Below, piece by piece: positions 11,101-24,379 of a DNA stretch of 64,000 nt. The notes beneath the pieces were generated by a model. That model did no database searches, was not told the origin of the DNA, and saw nothing but the letters and a program-made list of their open reading frames with translations. The first letter of the stretch is position 1. Each line of letters begins with the position of its first letter. Both the position numbers and the translations under genes were made by a program. Source of the stretch: the human T2T-CHM13v2.0 reference genome, Homo sapiens; NCBI GenBank assembly GCA_009914755.4, contig CP086569.2, positions 3,968,001-4,032,000 of the forward strand, read 5' to 3'.

Positions 11101-13900
11101 AAAAAAAAAAAAAAAAAGAAAAAGAATTCAGAAGGATGATTATTAAGCTACTAAGCTACTCAAGGAGATAACAGAAAAACATGAAAACCAACTTAAAGCA
11201 ATTTTGAGAAAACAATAGAAGATATGAATGAGAACATTTTCAGAAAAATAGATGTCATAAAGAAAAAACAATCACAACTTCTGAAAATGAAAGTCACACT
11301 TAGAGAAATACAAAATGCAGGAGAGAGTTGCAACAACAGAATAGAAAAAGTAGAAGGAAGAACTTCAGAGCAAGGCTTTCAAATTGAACCAATCCTACAA
11401 AGACAAAGTAAAAGTAATAAAAAATGAAGAAAGGTTCCAAGAAGTTTGGGATTATGTTAAGTGGCCAAACTTAAGAACAATTGGTGTTCCTGGAGAAGAA
11501 CAGAAATCTAAAAGTTTGGAAAATTTATTTGAAGGAATAATTGAGGGAAACTTCCCTGGCCTTGCTAGAGATCTAGACATTCAAATACAAGAAGCTCAAA
11601 GAACTCCTGGGAAATTTATTGTGAAAAGATAATCACTAAGGCAAATAATCATCAGGTTATCTAAAGTCAAGGCAAAGGAAAGAATCTTAAGACCTGTGAG
11701 ACAAAAGGATCAGATAACCTATAAAGGAAAACTTACCAAATTAACAGCTATTTCTCTGCAGTAACCTTACAAGCCAGAAGAGCTGGAGGTCCTATCTTTA
11801 GCCTTTTAAACAAGATAATTGTCAGCCAAGAGTTTTGTATCCAGCAAAACTAAGCTTCATAATTGAAGGAGAGATAAAGTATTTTTCAGTTAAACAAATG
11901 CTGAGAGAATTTGTCATTACCAAGCCAGCATGGCAAGAAATTCTAAAAGGAGTTCTAAAACTTGAAACAAAACCTCAATATACATCAAAATAGAACTTCA
12001 TTAAAGCATAAATTTCACAGGGCCTATACAAAAATAACACAATGAAAAACAAAAGTATTAAGGCAACAGCTAACAGGATAAATAGAACAGTACCTCACGT
12101 CTCAATACTAATGTTGAATGTAAATGGCCTAAATGCTCCACTTAAAAGACACCGAATGGCAGAATGAATAATCTACCAGCCAAGTATCTGCTATTTTCAA
12201 GAGACTCACCTAAAAAATAACAATCACATAAACTTAAGGTAAAGGGGTAAAAAGTATATATTCCATGCAAATGGAAACCAAAAGTGAGCAGGAGTAGCTA
12301 TACTTATAGTCAGACAAAGCAGACTTTAAAGCAACAACAATAACAAAGAAAAAGAAATAGATGGACATTATATAATGATATAGCTAAATGAATCCAATAG
12401 CATATCAATAAGAGAACACACCATGATCGAGAGGGTTTCACACCAGGGGTGCAGAGATGGTTTAATATATGCAAGTCAATAACTGTGTTACATCACATAA
12501 ACATAATTAAAAACAAAAAATATAGTATAATCCCAATAGATGCAGAAACAGTATTTGACAAATTCCAGCATCCCTTTATTATTAAAGCCCTCAGCAAAAT
12601 TGGCATAGAAGGAACATACCTCAAAGTAAGAAAAACCATCCATGAAAAAAACCGCAGCCAATATTACACTGAATGGAAAAAAAACGTTCAAAGCATTCCC
12701 TCTGAGAACTGGAACAAGACAATGGTGTCCACGTTCACCACTTCTATTCAACATATTACTGGAATTCCTGACTAGAGCAGACAAGAGAAAGAAATATAAG
12801 GTATCAAAATCAGAAAAGAAAAGTCAGACTGTCGCTGTTCACCGATGATATGTTCATATAACTAGAAAACCCTGAAGACTCATCCAAGAAGTTCATAGAT
12901 CTGACAAATGAATTCAGTAAAGTTTCAGGATAAAAATCAGTGTACACAAATCAACTGCACTGCTGTACACCAAAAAACACCAAGCTGAGAATCAAATCAA
13001 GAACTCAGTTTATTTTACAACAGCTTCCAAAAAATAAAAATAAAATAAAATACTTAGGAATACACTTAACCAAGGAAGTGAAATGTCTCTACAAGTAAAA
13101 CTACATAACACTGCTGAAAAAGTAATCGCAGATGACACAAATGGAAACACTGCCCATGGAAATGCAAATTAAAACTACAACTCATTCTTACAAGAATCAC
13201 TATAATTTAAAAAATCAAAAAGTAATGTTGGCATGGATGTGGTGAAAAAAGAACACTTTTACACTGCTGATGGGAATGTAAACTAGTACAAACACTATGG
13301 AAATCAGTATGGAAATTTCTCAAAGAACTAAAAGTAGAACTACCATTATAACTAGCAATCCCACTACTGAGTATATACCCAAAGGAAACTACATCATTAT
13401 ATGAAAAAGACACTTGCACATGCATGTCTATAGCAGCACAACTTGCAGTTACAAAAATACAGAATTATCCTAAATGCCCATCAACCAATGAGTAGATAAA
13501 GAAAATACAGTATATATATACATGCACCAAGAAATACTACTCAGCCATAAAAAAAGAATTGAAATATTGGCATTTGCAGCAACCTGGATGGAGTTGGAGA
13601 CCCTTATTCTAAATGAAGAAACTCAGGAATAGAAACCCCAAAATCCTATATTCTTACCTATAAGTGGGAGCTAAGTTATGAGGACACAAAGGCCTAAGAA
13701 TGATATAATGGACTTTGGAGACTTGGGTGAAAGAGTGGGAGGGGTGTGAGGGATAAAATATTATACATTGGGTAGAGTGTGTACTGCTCAGGTGAGGGGT
13801 GCACCAAAATTTCAGAAATCACCACTAAAGGACTTATCTATCTAATAAAAAAAGTTTGTTCCCCCCAAAAAATATTGCAATAAAATAAAATTAAAAAAAG
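8121..13900 (+). mobile_element. Old primate L1 (L1PB/L1MA-like) with about 2.6 kb 5'UTR, ORF1, and ORF2 carrying a large internal deletion (EN end joined to mid-RT), nested in Tigger1
   Basis: Starts gggaccaaaggaagatggcagataggagg, which resembles the L1 5' terminus gggaggaggagccaagatggccgaatagg. The ORF1 region at 10722-11640 includes ...IQEVWDYVKWPNLRTIGVPGEEQKSKSLENLFEGIIEGNFPGLARDLDIQIQEAQRTPGKFI. The ORF2 start at about 12060 translates to NRTVPHVSILMLNVNGLNAPLKRHRMAE. At about 12400 the sequence jumps to ORF2 around codon 590 (HQGCRDGLIYASQ, then ..HHINIIKNKKY.IIPIDAETVFDKFQHPFIIKALSKIGIEGTYLKV..). The ORF2 C-terminus and 3'UTR run to an A-rich tail at 13880-13900. Confidence 0.8.
10829..11123 (+). 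mobile_element. AluS-type element (first about 15 nt missing) inserted in L1 ORF1, with a perfect 11-bp TSD
   Basis: tcacacctgtaatcccagcactttgggaggccgaggtgggcagatcacgaggtcaggagttcgagaccagcctgaccaacatggtgaaaccc...gcctgggcgagagagtgagactcagtctccaaaaaaaa. The TSD gaattcagaag occurs at 10818-10828 and again at 11124-11134. Confidence 0.9.
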
Positions 13901-16900
13901 AAACTTCCTCAGCTACCTCAACCTTTAGTAACCACCACCCTGATCAGTCAGTAGCTACCAACATCCAGGGAAGACCCTCCACCACTCAAGAGAATATGAC
14001 TTGTTGAAGACTCAGATGACTGATAACATATTTCAGCAATAAAGCAATTTTAAACTAAGGTATGCACATGTTTTTAGACATAATGTTATTCTTGCATACT
14101 TAATAGACTACAGCAAAGTGTAAGCATAACTTGTATATGCACTGGGAAAACAAAACATTAATGCCAGTCACTTTAATGTGATATTTGCTTTATTGAGGTG
14201 ATCTGGAACCAAACACAAAAGCTTGAAGGACAAAATGTGGACATTGAATCGCTTGAATGACAGGCAAATTGTATTAAAATTGATTATTTGGATACATAAA
14301 ATATAAGAACAGATTTTGAGAAGTAAAGAAACATGATAAGAACTATGATTTTGGAATATTGATCTAGCAAAGGCATGTAAGATAGCTTGTTGTGGGGAAA
14401 TAATAGTCAGAGGGATAAATATGAAGGTTATTAGAATAACTAAGCATAAGTAGTTAAGGCCAAAACTAGAGGTTAGTATTGGAATAATAGAAAATATTAA
14501 AGGTAATATTCAGTGAAGGGTTATTATGTTACCTGCTATGTGCTTTATAAATGTCCTGCAGTATCTACCACGCAAATTAGGCATGTGCTTTTATTATTAC
14601 TGTGTTACAACTAAAGTGACTTGAGATTATTATAGGTTATATGCTCACTCAAGGCTACATTGCTAATAACTGACCAGTGGTATGTTGAGAACTTGGAATA
14701 ACCTCCATACTAAATTCTAACATAACAATTGTGTGAGGGAGAGATAATACAATAATTAATGTTTTGGTGACTAACTGATGGGCAAGAAGTTTATAGATAA
14801 ATCATAGATGATTCTGAAGTTTCACATATGGCTTACTGGGTAATGATGATATTTATAAATTTCATAATTTAGAAAGGACTGCTTTCTTAAACATTTTATG
14901 GAAAGGTTTGGTTTTCTGTTCTTTACTTTTACTATTCTCTCAAAAGGAGGTTTGTTGTTGTTGTTTGTTTTTGCTTTCTTTTGTGTCATTGTCATTGTCT
15001 TTGTTTAAACTCTACAACAATAGAAACTCATTCTTTTTTTCCCACTCACTCTTAAGACATACCTCTAAAGCTAAACATTTTGCTCCATTAACCCTAGCTG
15101 CAAATATCTCCTTTATCTTTGAATTTCAACATATTCATGTGTCCAGAATAATGCTGTTTTAAACTTGCCTGTATTTTGTTAAATGATTCTCTTTCTCTAA
15201 ATTGTCCATATTTTCAAATCAGAGGTAAAGTACTATGTTTACATTACAGAGTTGTAGATAATTTTGTATTACTCTTCTGAATGCTTCACAATTTAAAAAT
15301 AACAGATATTTAAATATAACTACACTTACACAACCACTACTTTTTACCAAACACAGATGAACAAGAAAATACCAATTATTGTGGAAAGAATTAAGCTGGA
15401 TTTAAGTATACATTTTCTGATAATCAGAACTGCTAAATATTTATATTTTTATTGGGAAATTATAAAATGTACCTTTCCCTGAAACCTTTAAAATGGAATT
15501 GATGTAATACTGCAGTTAATTACTGAAAGTGCAACATTTTTCATTAAGACTCAGTGGACCTTAGGCTATGCTTACTGATCCTATAAATGAAATTCACAAA
15601 TAAAGTACACCAATGTTAAAGAAAAGCCTTACCACAGCATGACTAACAAGTAACAAATTAACAAATTATTTCAAGTTGTGATTATTTTTGTGGTATCCTT
15701 GTTTTGCTTTTGCTGCAAATATAAATCTGGCCTGTACAATCATCATAATCTAACAGTTTCTATAATACAAAGGCAGTCATGTAAATGCTAAAAATTATCA
15801 TAATTGCTTGAAATAGAGTTATAATCTCCAAATGTATGGAGATCAGTATACTGTTCTTTATTTCTTTATATTTCCCTCTCTCTCTTTCTATTTATTTCTT
15901 TTTTAAATTTTGCTAACTTGAATTCCCATGTTGAAAAGTCTAATTTCTCTAACCTGCCAGAAAAAAACAAATGCTGCTAAAGACCTTCAGTTTCACGGCA
16001 TGCATTGAAAACATAGTCCAAAAGGACTGAATCAATCCAATCATTTGGGAATAATTTAAACATTTTGATGGGGTCAACAATGCCAAAAGCTTATGCAAAA
16101 TTGCTTTGCTGTTCTGTGTTATTCAGATGCAATATACAAATTCTTACAAAAAGTTGCCATTACAAGATCTGTAGCAATAGAAGGATCTTAGAGAAGCGTG
16201 TATAATTATACCTCAGAGAGGAGTAGTAGCAGAAATATCTGCTGCAAAACTAATAAACACAAGAAAGCAAGTAAGATTGTCTCATGTAGGTGCACTGGTG
16301 GATTCAGGCTTTGTAGGTTTTGCCCCTTATATAATTTGAAGTGGACGCTTTAAGTAAAAGAATAACAAATTAGGAATGAAAGTGAATGTTTCTTTAGAAT
16401 GAGCAAAGGAAATCACACAAAATTACAAATTTATAAAAGCTGACAAGTATCACAAACTTCACAACATCCAGAAAAAAAACATAATATTTTTAATTAACTG
16501 AGAAACCTCTTTCATATTATTTTTCTATTTTTTGTTACCAATGCTTTGATTAGCTCTTCATAGCACAGTGATTTTGTGACATTATTTTCTATAGAGAAAA
16601 GAGAAACATAATTTGGTTTTCCTCTAGCATAGTTTAGGAAAGTTTCTTTCAACTTTACAACTCATTCTTGGTAATGTAATTAAACTATAGGATTCTAATC
16701 AAATTTATACAATTGACTATGATGTCTCTTTCATACATAAACTGCAAGATTTGGGACACATTTCTATAGCTTAGATGCTGGCTATACACATTTCAAACTT
16801 TTGTTTCTTCTCCAATACTCACGTACTCCCAGAGTTAAGTATCATAAACCAGTTCATATGACAATACCACCTCTGACACTGAAACTTCATGTCATGATGC

Positions 16901-17077
16901 AGAGTGGATTGGCACAGTACACACAAGTGCACAGAGCAATGGGGGAGAATGAAATGCACGGTGCATGGCAAGGAAACTGAGCACATTCACTCCAGGAAGA
17001 GCTGGCAAACTCCAGCTTGGGAATCTACAGTGGTCACTTATTAAGCCATCTGGGGGCAGGATTTTTTCTGCAGTCAA

Positions 17078-17163
17078 CTTGTCTGTTTCAAGTCATTTGA
17101 CACCCCTAGTTACAGCTTACTTGTCTGTTTCAAGTCATTTGACACCCCTAGTTACAGCTTACC
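17078..17163. repeat. Tandem duplication, 43 bp in two copies
   Basis: ttgtctgtttcaagtcatttgacacccctagttacagcttac is repeated twice (17078-17120 and 17121-17163). Confidence 0.85.
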
Positions 17164-18401
17164 TGATAGAAAAAATAAGGTGAGAGTGGACCAAAAAAAG
17201 TTTGATCCAAGATTCCTAAAAAGTAGTAATGGAAGCAGAAAAATTATTTTATAGCTGCCTACCACCAGGATTACGCTGCAAGAATCAACCCTGGGCTAGT
17301 AAATATGATATTGGTAATACTTTTCTCTAACAGTAAATTTAAGATTAGAATTTCCAGATTCTATAAATCTATAACGTATATAATGGCATATATTATCAGT
17401 AATCATGAAAAGTAACAGGTGTCTTTCTAAATGCTGCAACCACAAGAGTTACCTCTTTATAGATTAAAAGGTAAAAAAAAATGCTGGCAAAAAAAATAAT
17501 AAAATCATCTATTTTAAATCCATTTATTTTTCTTATAGAATCTTCAGAGCTTTACAAAAGGGTCTGATGTTTTACTGCTAAAAATTGATTATAAACACCA
17601 CTTCCTTGGATTCTAAAGCATCCAGGAAGACTAAAAACACTAATGACCTCAATTTTTTTTCCAGTTATAAATTCAGAAAACTAATCAGAATTTAAAAATT
17701 AAAATTTAACACAAAACAATACAATCTAAAAAAGGTCAGATTGCCTAGCCCACTGGCTTTGCACTCATACAAACAGGAAGCTGAAATTTTGAGTTTTGAT
17801 GGTCACTGTATCATTAATCTATTATGTTTCCATAACAAATTACCTGCTCAAATTTAAGTTTTCTTTATCTGCAAATCTTAAAGAGTTCACTGTGTCATGA
17901 GTATAATTGGTAAACAATCATATCTCCCTATATGAGGCAACCTCTCTGAGCACTAAACTAATTACCTAAACAATTTTTTTACCATGAAGATTGGTAACAA
18001 CGATATATAGGAGAAAAAAATATTAGAATTAAAGTGTCTTTGTTGTAAGATAATATTTTTTCTAATGATCTGGTTTCACTGCCAGTGTTAATAATTTATC
18101 TCTACCCAAATCTGTTCAGAAATAGAAATACTTTCTTTTATTACCTAAGAAGCTCTGAATAATCCCAACTGAAAAATGCCTGCCATGCTACTAGTACGGA
18201 AATCAAATTTTCTATACCTGTACATTTTAATTGGTGATGGAGGAATTTGTGCCTAATTATTTATATATGGTTTGAATTATATAATTAATAGTGCTGTTTT
18301 AAATAATTTTACCTATGATAGAATAAATTTCTCAAACTAATATTTTAATTCTTTCACCTTGCTTTGAGTCACTTGCAGGATGACTTGAAAATAGTATTCT
18401 T

Positions 18402-18740
<339 letters not shown>

Positions 18741-19479
18741 TTACTCTTGTAGGAAATGTGGCTTACTATTACAAGCTGATAGAATAGTTCCCTAAACTAT
18801 CCTCTTATTATTATCTGTGATAATATATTGAAAAGTATAGGTCATTGCTTAGACATATGTTGGGTTGTCAATACACTGAATACTCAGTAATACATAACAC
18901 AAAATATTTTGTCAACATATGTTAACTCAATGAAGTTTACAAGTATAGAAGTATGCTTATGGAGCTTCCTCATTCTGTACAATCAAGTTGCTCATCTTTC
19001 CTAGGACCAGAATAGACCAGAATATTTTTCCCTCTTAATTAATTCCTGGGTGTACTGAAGAAAAAATAGCAAATCTTAATTTTGACCTAAAACTAAATTC
19101 CAGAGTGCTACTTTCTACACATATTAGCTACAAATAGCATACATATTTCAAGATCTGGAATAGAAGTTGATAAGCTACACTTAAATCTTGGCTTGCTTTG
19201 GCCCTTGAGTTGCAAAACACAATGCTTATGGCATAGAGACCCTGATATTATCTCCATAAATGTGACAAATTACAAGCCAAATTAAATGACATACACCTAG
19301 AAGAGCCCCAATGGTACAATTTATTAAATACTTTAGTATAATGAGTATTTATGTTAAATTGATTATGCTAAGACTATGGCAGGTTAAGCTTAATATTTCT
19401 GGTTTCTGAATGCTCAGTTTAATATATCAGATTACAGCATCTTCACCTCTGTTTATTGTTTTGTGCTGCGTGTGTGTGT

Positions 19480-20576
19480 GTGCACAAACTCAAAGAACTA
19501 AAAAAAGAAAAAGAAACTAAGCCCGTATTAGCAGACTAAAGTGAATAATAAATATTAAATCAGAACTAACAAAATAGAAAATAATTTGTAAAAACTCAAT
19601 AAAAGTGAGTTACTTTTTGGAATGACCAACAAAATTCACAAAACTTCAGCTAGACTGAAAAAAGAAAAAATTCAAATAAATAAAATAAAAAATGAGGAGA
19701 CATTATAACTGACATCACAGAAATATAAAATGATTATAAGAGATTATTATGAACAGTTGTACACTAACAAATTGGATAACTCGGAAAGATGGATTAATTC
19801 CTACAAACATATAATCTACCAAGAATGAATCATGAAGAGATAGAAAGTCTGAACAGACTGATAATTGGTAAGGAGTTTGAATGAATGAAAAAAACCTTCC
19901 AAAAAAGAAAAGCTTAGGAACATATGGCCTTACTGGTGAGTTCAACCAAACATAAATAAGAATTAACACCAATCCTTCTCAAGTTCTTCCAAAAAATAAA
20001 GAACAGTGAACACTATTGAACTGATTTTATGAAGCTGAAATGACCCTGATACCAAAGAAAGGCAAGAAGTCTACTAGAAAAGAAATTATGAGCCAATATC
20101 CCTGATGAACATAAATGCAAAAACTCACAACAAAAAGCTAGCAAACTAAATTCAACAAGATAACAAAAGGATCATACATCATGACCAAGTGGAATTACCC
20201 CTAGAATGCAAAAAAAAAAAATAATATAGGAAGCTATCAGTCAATGTGATATACCATATTAATAGAATGAAAAATAAAAATTATTTGATCATCTCAATAG
20301 GTACAGAAAAAACATTTGAGAAATTTCAACAACTTTTCATGATAAAAACAGACTAGATATAGAAGAAATTAACTCAAAGTAATAAAAGCCATATATAGAT
20401 AGCCCACAACTATTATATTCAATGGTGAAAAACTGAAATTTTTTTCTCTAACGTGAGGAAAAAGTCAAGGATGCCCACTCTCACCATTTCTGTTCAACAC
20501 AGTACTGGAGTTTCTAGCCAGGGCAATAAGTAAAAAAGGGCATCTAAATCAGATAGGTAGAAATAAAATTATAAAG

Positions 20577-20617
<41 letters not shown>

Positions 20618-22480
20618 TTAGAACTAAAAAACAAATTCAATATAATTGCAGAATACAAAATAAATGTACAAAAATTGTGTTTCTGTACACTGACAATGAA
20701 ATATTGGAAAAAGAAGTTATGAAAATAATGTCATTTACAATAGCATCAAAATAATAAAATACATATGAATAACCTAGCCAAAAAGGAAAAAGACTTGTGT
20801 ATACTGAAAACTACAAAACACTGGTGAACAAAAGTAAAGAAGATAAAAATAAATGCAAAGATTCCCTGTGTTTATGAATTGGAAGAGTTAATATTGTAAA
20901 AATATACATACTACTCAAAATGACCTGCAGGTTTTTCCAATCTGTATAAGAAACTCAATTTTTTTACATTAATAGAAAAAGCAATCTTAAAATTTATATG
21001 AGACTATAAAGGATTGTACCCAAATCTTAAGAGAAACAAAGACAAAGGACTCTAACATCCTAATTTTAACACACACTACAAAGCCACAGTAATCAAAATA
21101 GTATGATACTAGCCTAAAATAGACACTTAGACCAATAAAGCAGAATAGGAAGCCCAGAAATAACATCATGCATATATGGTCAACAGAGCTTCAACATGGG
21201 AGCTAAGAATACAAAGTGGAGTAAGGGTAATCTCTTCAACAAATGGTGATGAGAAAATTGCAAATTCACAGGCAGAAGAATAAAATTGGGCTTTTATGTC
21301 ACGTAATTCATAAAAACCTACTCAAAATGAGTTAAAGACTTAATTGTAGAATGTAAACTGTAAAACTTCTAGAAAAAAATAGGAGAAAATCTTCATGACA
21401 TTGATCTTGGCAATGATATATTGGATATAACACCAAAAGTACAGGTGAGAAAAGCAAAAATAGACCAGTGGGACCGTATCAAACTAAAACGCTTTTGCAC
21501 AACAAAGGAAATAACCAACAGAATAAAAAGGCAACCTACAGTCTGTAGGAGAATATTTGCAAACCATATATCTGATAGCTTAATATCCAAAATATATAAA
21601 AAACTACAACTCAATACCAAAAAAAACCCAAATAACCCAATTAATAAGTAATAAAATGATCTGAATAGATATTTGTTCAAAGAAGATGTCCAAATAGTCA
21701 AGAGGAATATTAAAAGTTGCTCAACATCCTAATACCCAGGGAAATGCAATTCGACAACAATGAGATATTACCTTATACTTGTTAGAATTTAAAAACAAAA
21801 ACCAACAAATGTAGCAAGTGTTGATGAGGATGTAGAACACAAGGAACACTTGAGCACTGAAGGGAAATATGTAAAATAATAAAGCTGCTAGGGAAAAACA
21901 GTATAGCGTTTCCTGAAAACATTAATAATGGAACTACCATGTGATCCAGCCTTCCCAACTCTGGCTATTTTTTCAAAATAACTGAAATCCAGATCTTGAA
22001 GAGATATTTGTACTCTCATATTCTGGGCAGATTATTTATAGTAGCCAAGAGGTAATGCCCATGGACTAATGAATAAAGAAAATGTGATATATACATACAA
22101 TGGAATTTATTTAGTGATAAAAAATATGCCATATGCTATAATCTGGATGAACCTTGAGGACTTTATGTTAAGTGAAATAAGCCAGTTGCAGAAGGACAGA
22201 AACTGTATGATTTAACTTATGTGATATATGTAAAGGTGTCAAACTCATAGTAGTACAGAGTGGAATGTTGTTTGCCAGGGGCTGGGAGGAATGGAGAATG
22301 GAGAGTTGCTGTTCAAAGGATATAAAATTTCCTTCAAGCAGGATGAAAATGTTCTAGAAATCTATTCTACACTATTGGGATTATAGTTAGCAACACAGTA
22401 CTCTGCACTTAAATATTTGTTAAGAGGATGGAAATTCATATGTGTGTCTTTTTGAACAAAATAAAAAAAAAAAAAAAAAG
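19480..22480 (+). mobile_element. Ancient L1 (L1M-type) 3' portion: ORF2 from about codon 350 to the end, then 3'UTR and poly(A)
   Basis: The translation follows L1 ORF2 with many stops: ..ITDITEI.NDYKRLL.TVVH.QIG.LGKMD..YKHIIYQE.IMKR.KV.. then ..EAEMTLIPKKGKKSTRKEIMSQYP..INAKTHNKKLANXIQQ..IHHDQVE. The RT motifs .[29 protein letters not shown] and ..EEKVKDAHSHHFCSTQYWSF.PGQ are present. The C-terminal region reads ...MDITPKVQVRKAKIDQWDRIKLKRFCTTKEITNRIKRQPTVCRRIFANHISDSLISKIYKKL, which is ORF 21421..21651. A (CA)17 lies inside the element at 20579-20614, and poly(A) at 22462-22480. Confidence 0.8.
20579..20614. repeat. (CA)n microsatellite, about 17-18 units, inside the L1M
   Basis: Uninterrupted cacacaca... 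run. Confidence 0.95.
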
Positions 22481-22589
22481 AACTTGGCCTTGGTAACGTA
22501 TCAGACCTAGTTTGGAGCTTTCAATTCTGTTGGTCCTGTGGCCTTTAGTCAGTCAGTTTACTTAATCCATTTAATAGGTAATAGCATTT

Positions 22590-22815
22590 AACATTTATCC
22601 ACTATAGCGTTTAGTATGTACAAGACACTTTTGAAATGCTACATAGATTGATAGATGATAAATAGATGGCCAATTGATACATAAATGCCAATACTCCTTT
22701 AATCCTCACAACAATCCATTCTACAAATGAGAAAACTAAGGCAGGGAATGATCAACTAATTTGTCACATAGCTAGTAAGTTATAGTGTGAGAATTCAATT
22801 CTAGGCAGCCTAGAT
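22590..22815 (-). repeat. MIR (mammalian-wide interspersed repeat) core region, antisense
   Basis: ..aatcctcacaacaatccattctacaaatgagaaaactaaggcagggaatgatcaactaatttgtcacatagctagtaagttatagtgtgagaattcaattctaggcagcctagattcaca matches the reverse complement of the MIR core (aatcctcacaacaaccctatgaggtaggtattattatccccattttacagatgaggaaactgaggctcagagaggttaagtgacttgcccaaggtcacacagctagtaagtggcagagccaggattcgaacccaggtct). Confidence 0.65.
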
Positions 22816-24379
22816 TCACAGTTTTTGCTTTTAACTAATCTACTATATTATCTTGAAATCTCTTTACTTTCCTGCAAAGAGGTAGTATATATAAAACATT
22901 AAACAAGTGCTTTGCACATAATAATTAATATAGGCTTATATTACATTATTTATTACAATAAAGTGTAATAAAACATGGAAAGTCATGATGAATATCAGAA
23001 GGCAATAAACTTTGCAACAAATTAAATAACCATTGCAATGAAAAGGGTTGAAAGTTTAAGCAATGAAATATAAAGACTTCAGCTAATTATCAGAATGTCA
23101 TATAGTGGTTCCAATTTTGGTCTCAATTTCCTGGTCTTTATAGTTGGAATAATATTTCTCTCATAGGATGTGTAAAAATTAAATGAATTCACACACCTGA
23201 AGTATTTAGACCAAAGCCTGGTATATGTTAAGTGCTCAAAAACAGTGCATGTGTCACAGAGGATTGACCTGCTGCATAGTTGTAATAATTAAAAATATAT
23301 GGTTATGTATATTATAAAATGTCTTTCAATGGTGAATGTCAAGATTTAACAACCTTCACAGCAAGAACTATTTCCTTCTATCATAACTGAATCTCATAAT
23401 CTCCATGGGCTGGAAAATAACACATTATATTGCTTTTATAATTATCCTTATAATAAATGGACAATATCAAATAATTTTCCTGAATTCTTTGTTTTAGATG
23501 AAATGTTTTCAGCTCCTAAATTGATTTCAGATGTTTTGGATTTCCTAACAGAAAGCATTTACTTTATTCCCTTTAAAACTAGTCTATGTTAATCTCAAAA
23601 TTTGGAAATCAAATTGTAGTAAAAATTTAAATAATCTAGCATTTTGCAATGCAAGATAATTACTCATTGAACAAAGTTTTAAAAAATCAAGAAATGCATA
23701 TGGCTCACGTCACTAACCATACAAGAACATTATGAGGCATTTTGGCAGCAGATACTGGGGAAACTATGACTTTGACCAGCATATACCCTTTGAATAGAAT
23801 AGGAGAAAAAATAAAAGACTACAGTAAATTTAACTGGTCTCAAAACTATTGATTTTGTAATAGAGTTTTTAAATTTTTCAAAGACCAAAGTCATTACTTC
23901 AGAAATAATGAACCATCAATATTCCACCAAACAGCTTCTAGCAGATATAAAAGGAGATGTAATTGGAAGGAAATCAACTTCAGCTACTCCAGTGAAAACT
24001 TTGCATAAATATGTTGTTAAAAATGGTCTTGGTGGTTATGGACCTGTAGTTTATGTTGCTTTCATGGAGTACACTATGGATTTATTAATGGAACTACAGG
24101 TCTATGGTAACTATAAGTTAAGTATTTAGGTGAATATATAAATTGTCATTATTTTAAATACAGAAAAATTTGTAAATATTCTAAATAATGAAACAATTTA
24201 ATTTACAATATATGTACAAGGTTTAGCAAGCAACAAAACTCCAGATTAAAGCAAAAATACAGTAGTGATTTTTAAAAATAGTACAATGGTAAAAGTAAGA
24301 TATGTGTGTATCTGAAAGTTTAGAAAATTGTATAAGCCAGTCAGGACATTTCTTATGGGAATGCAGCAAGACTGAAGAG

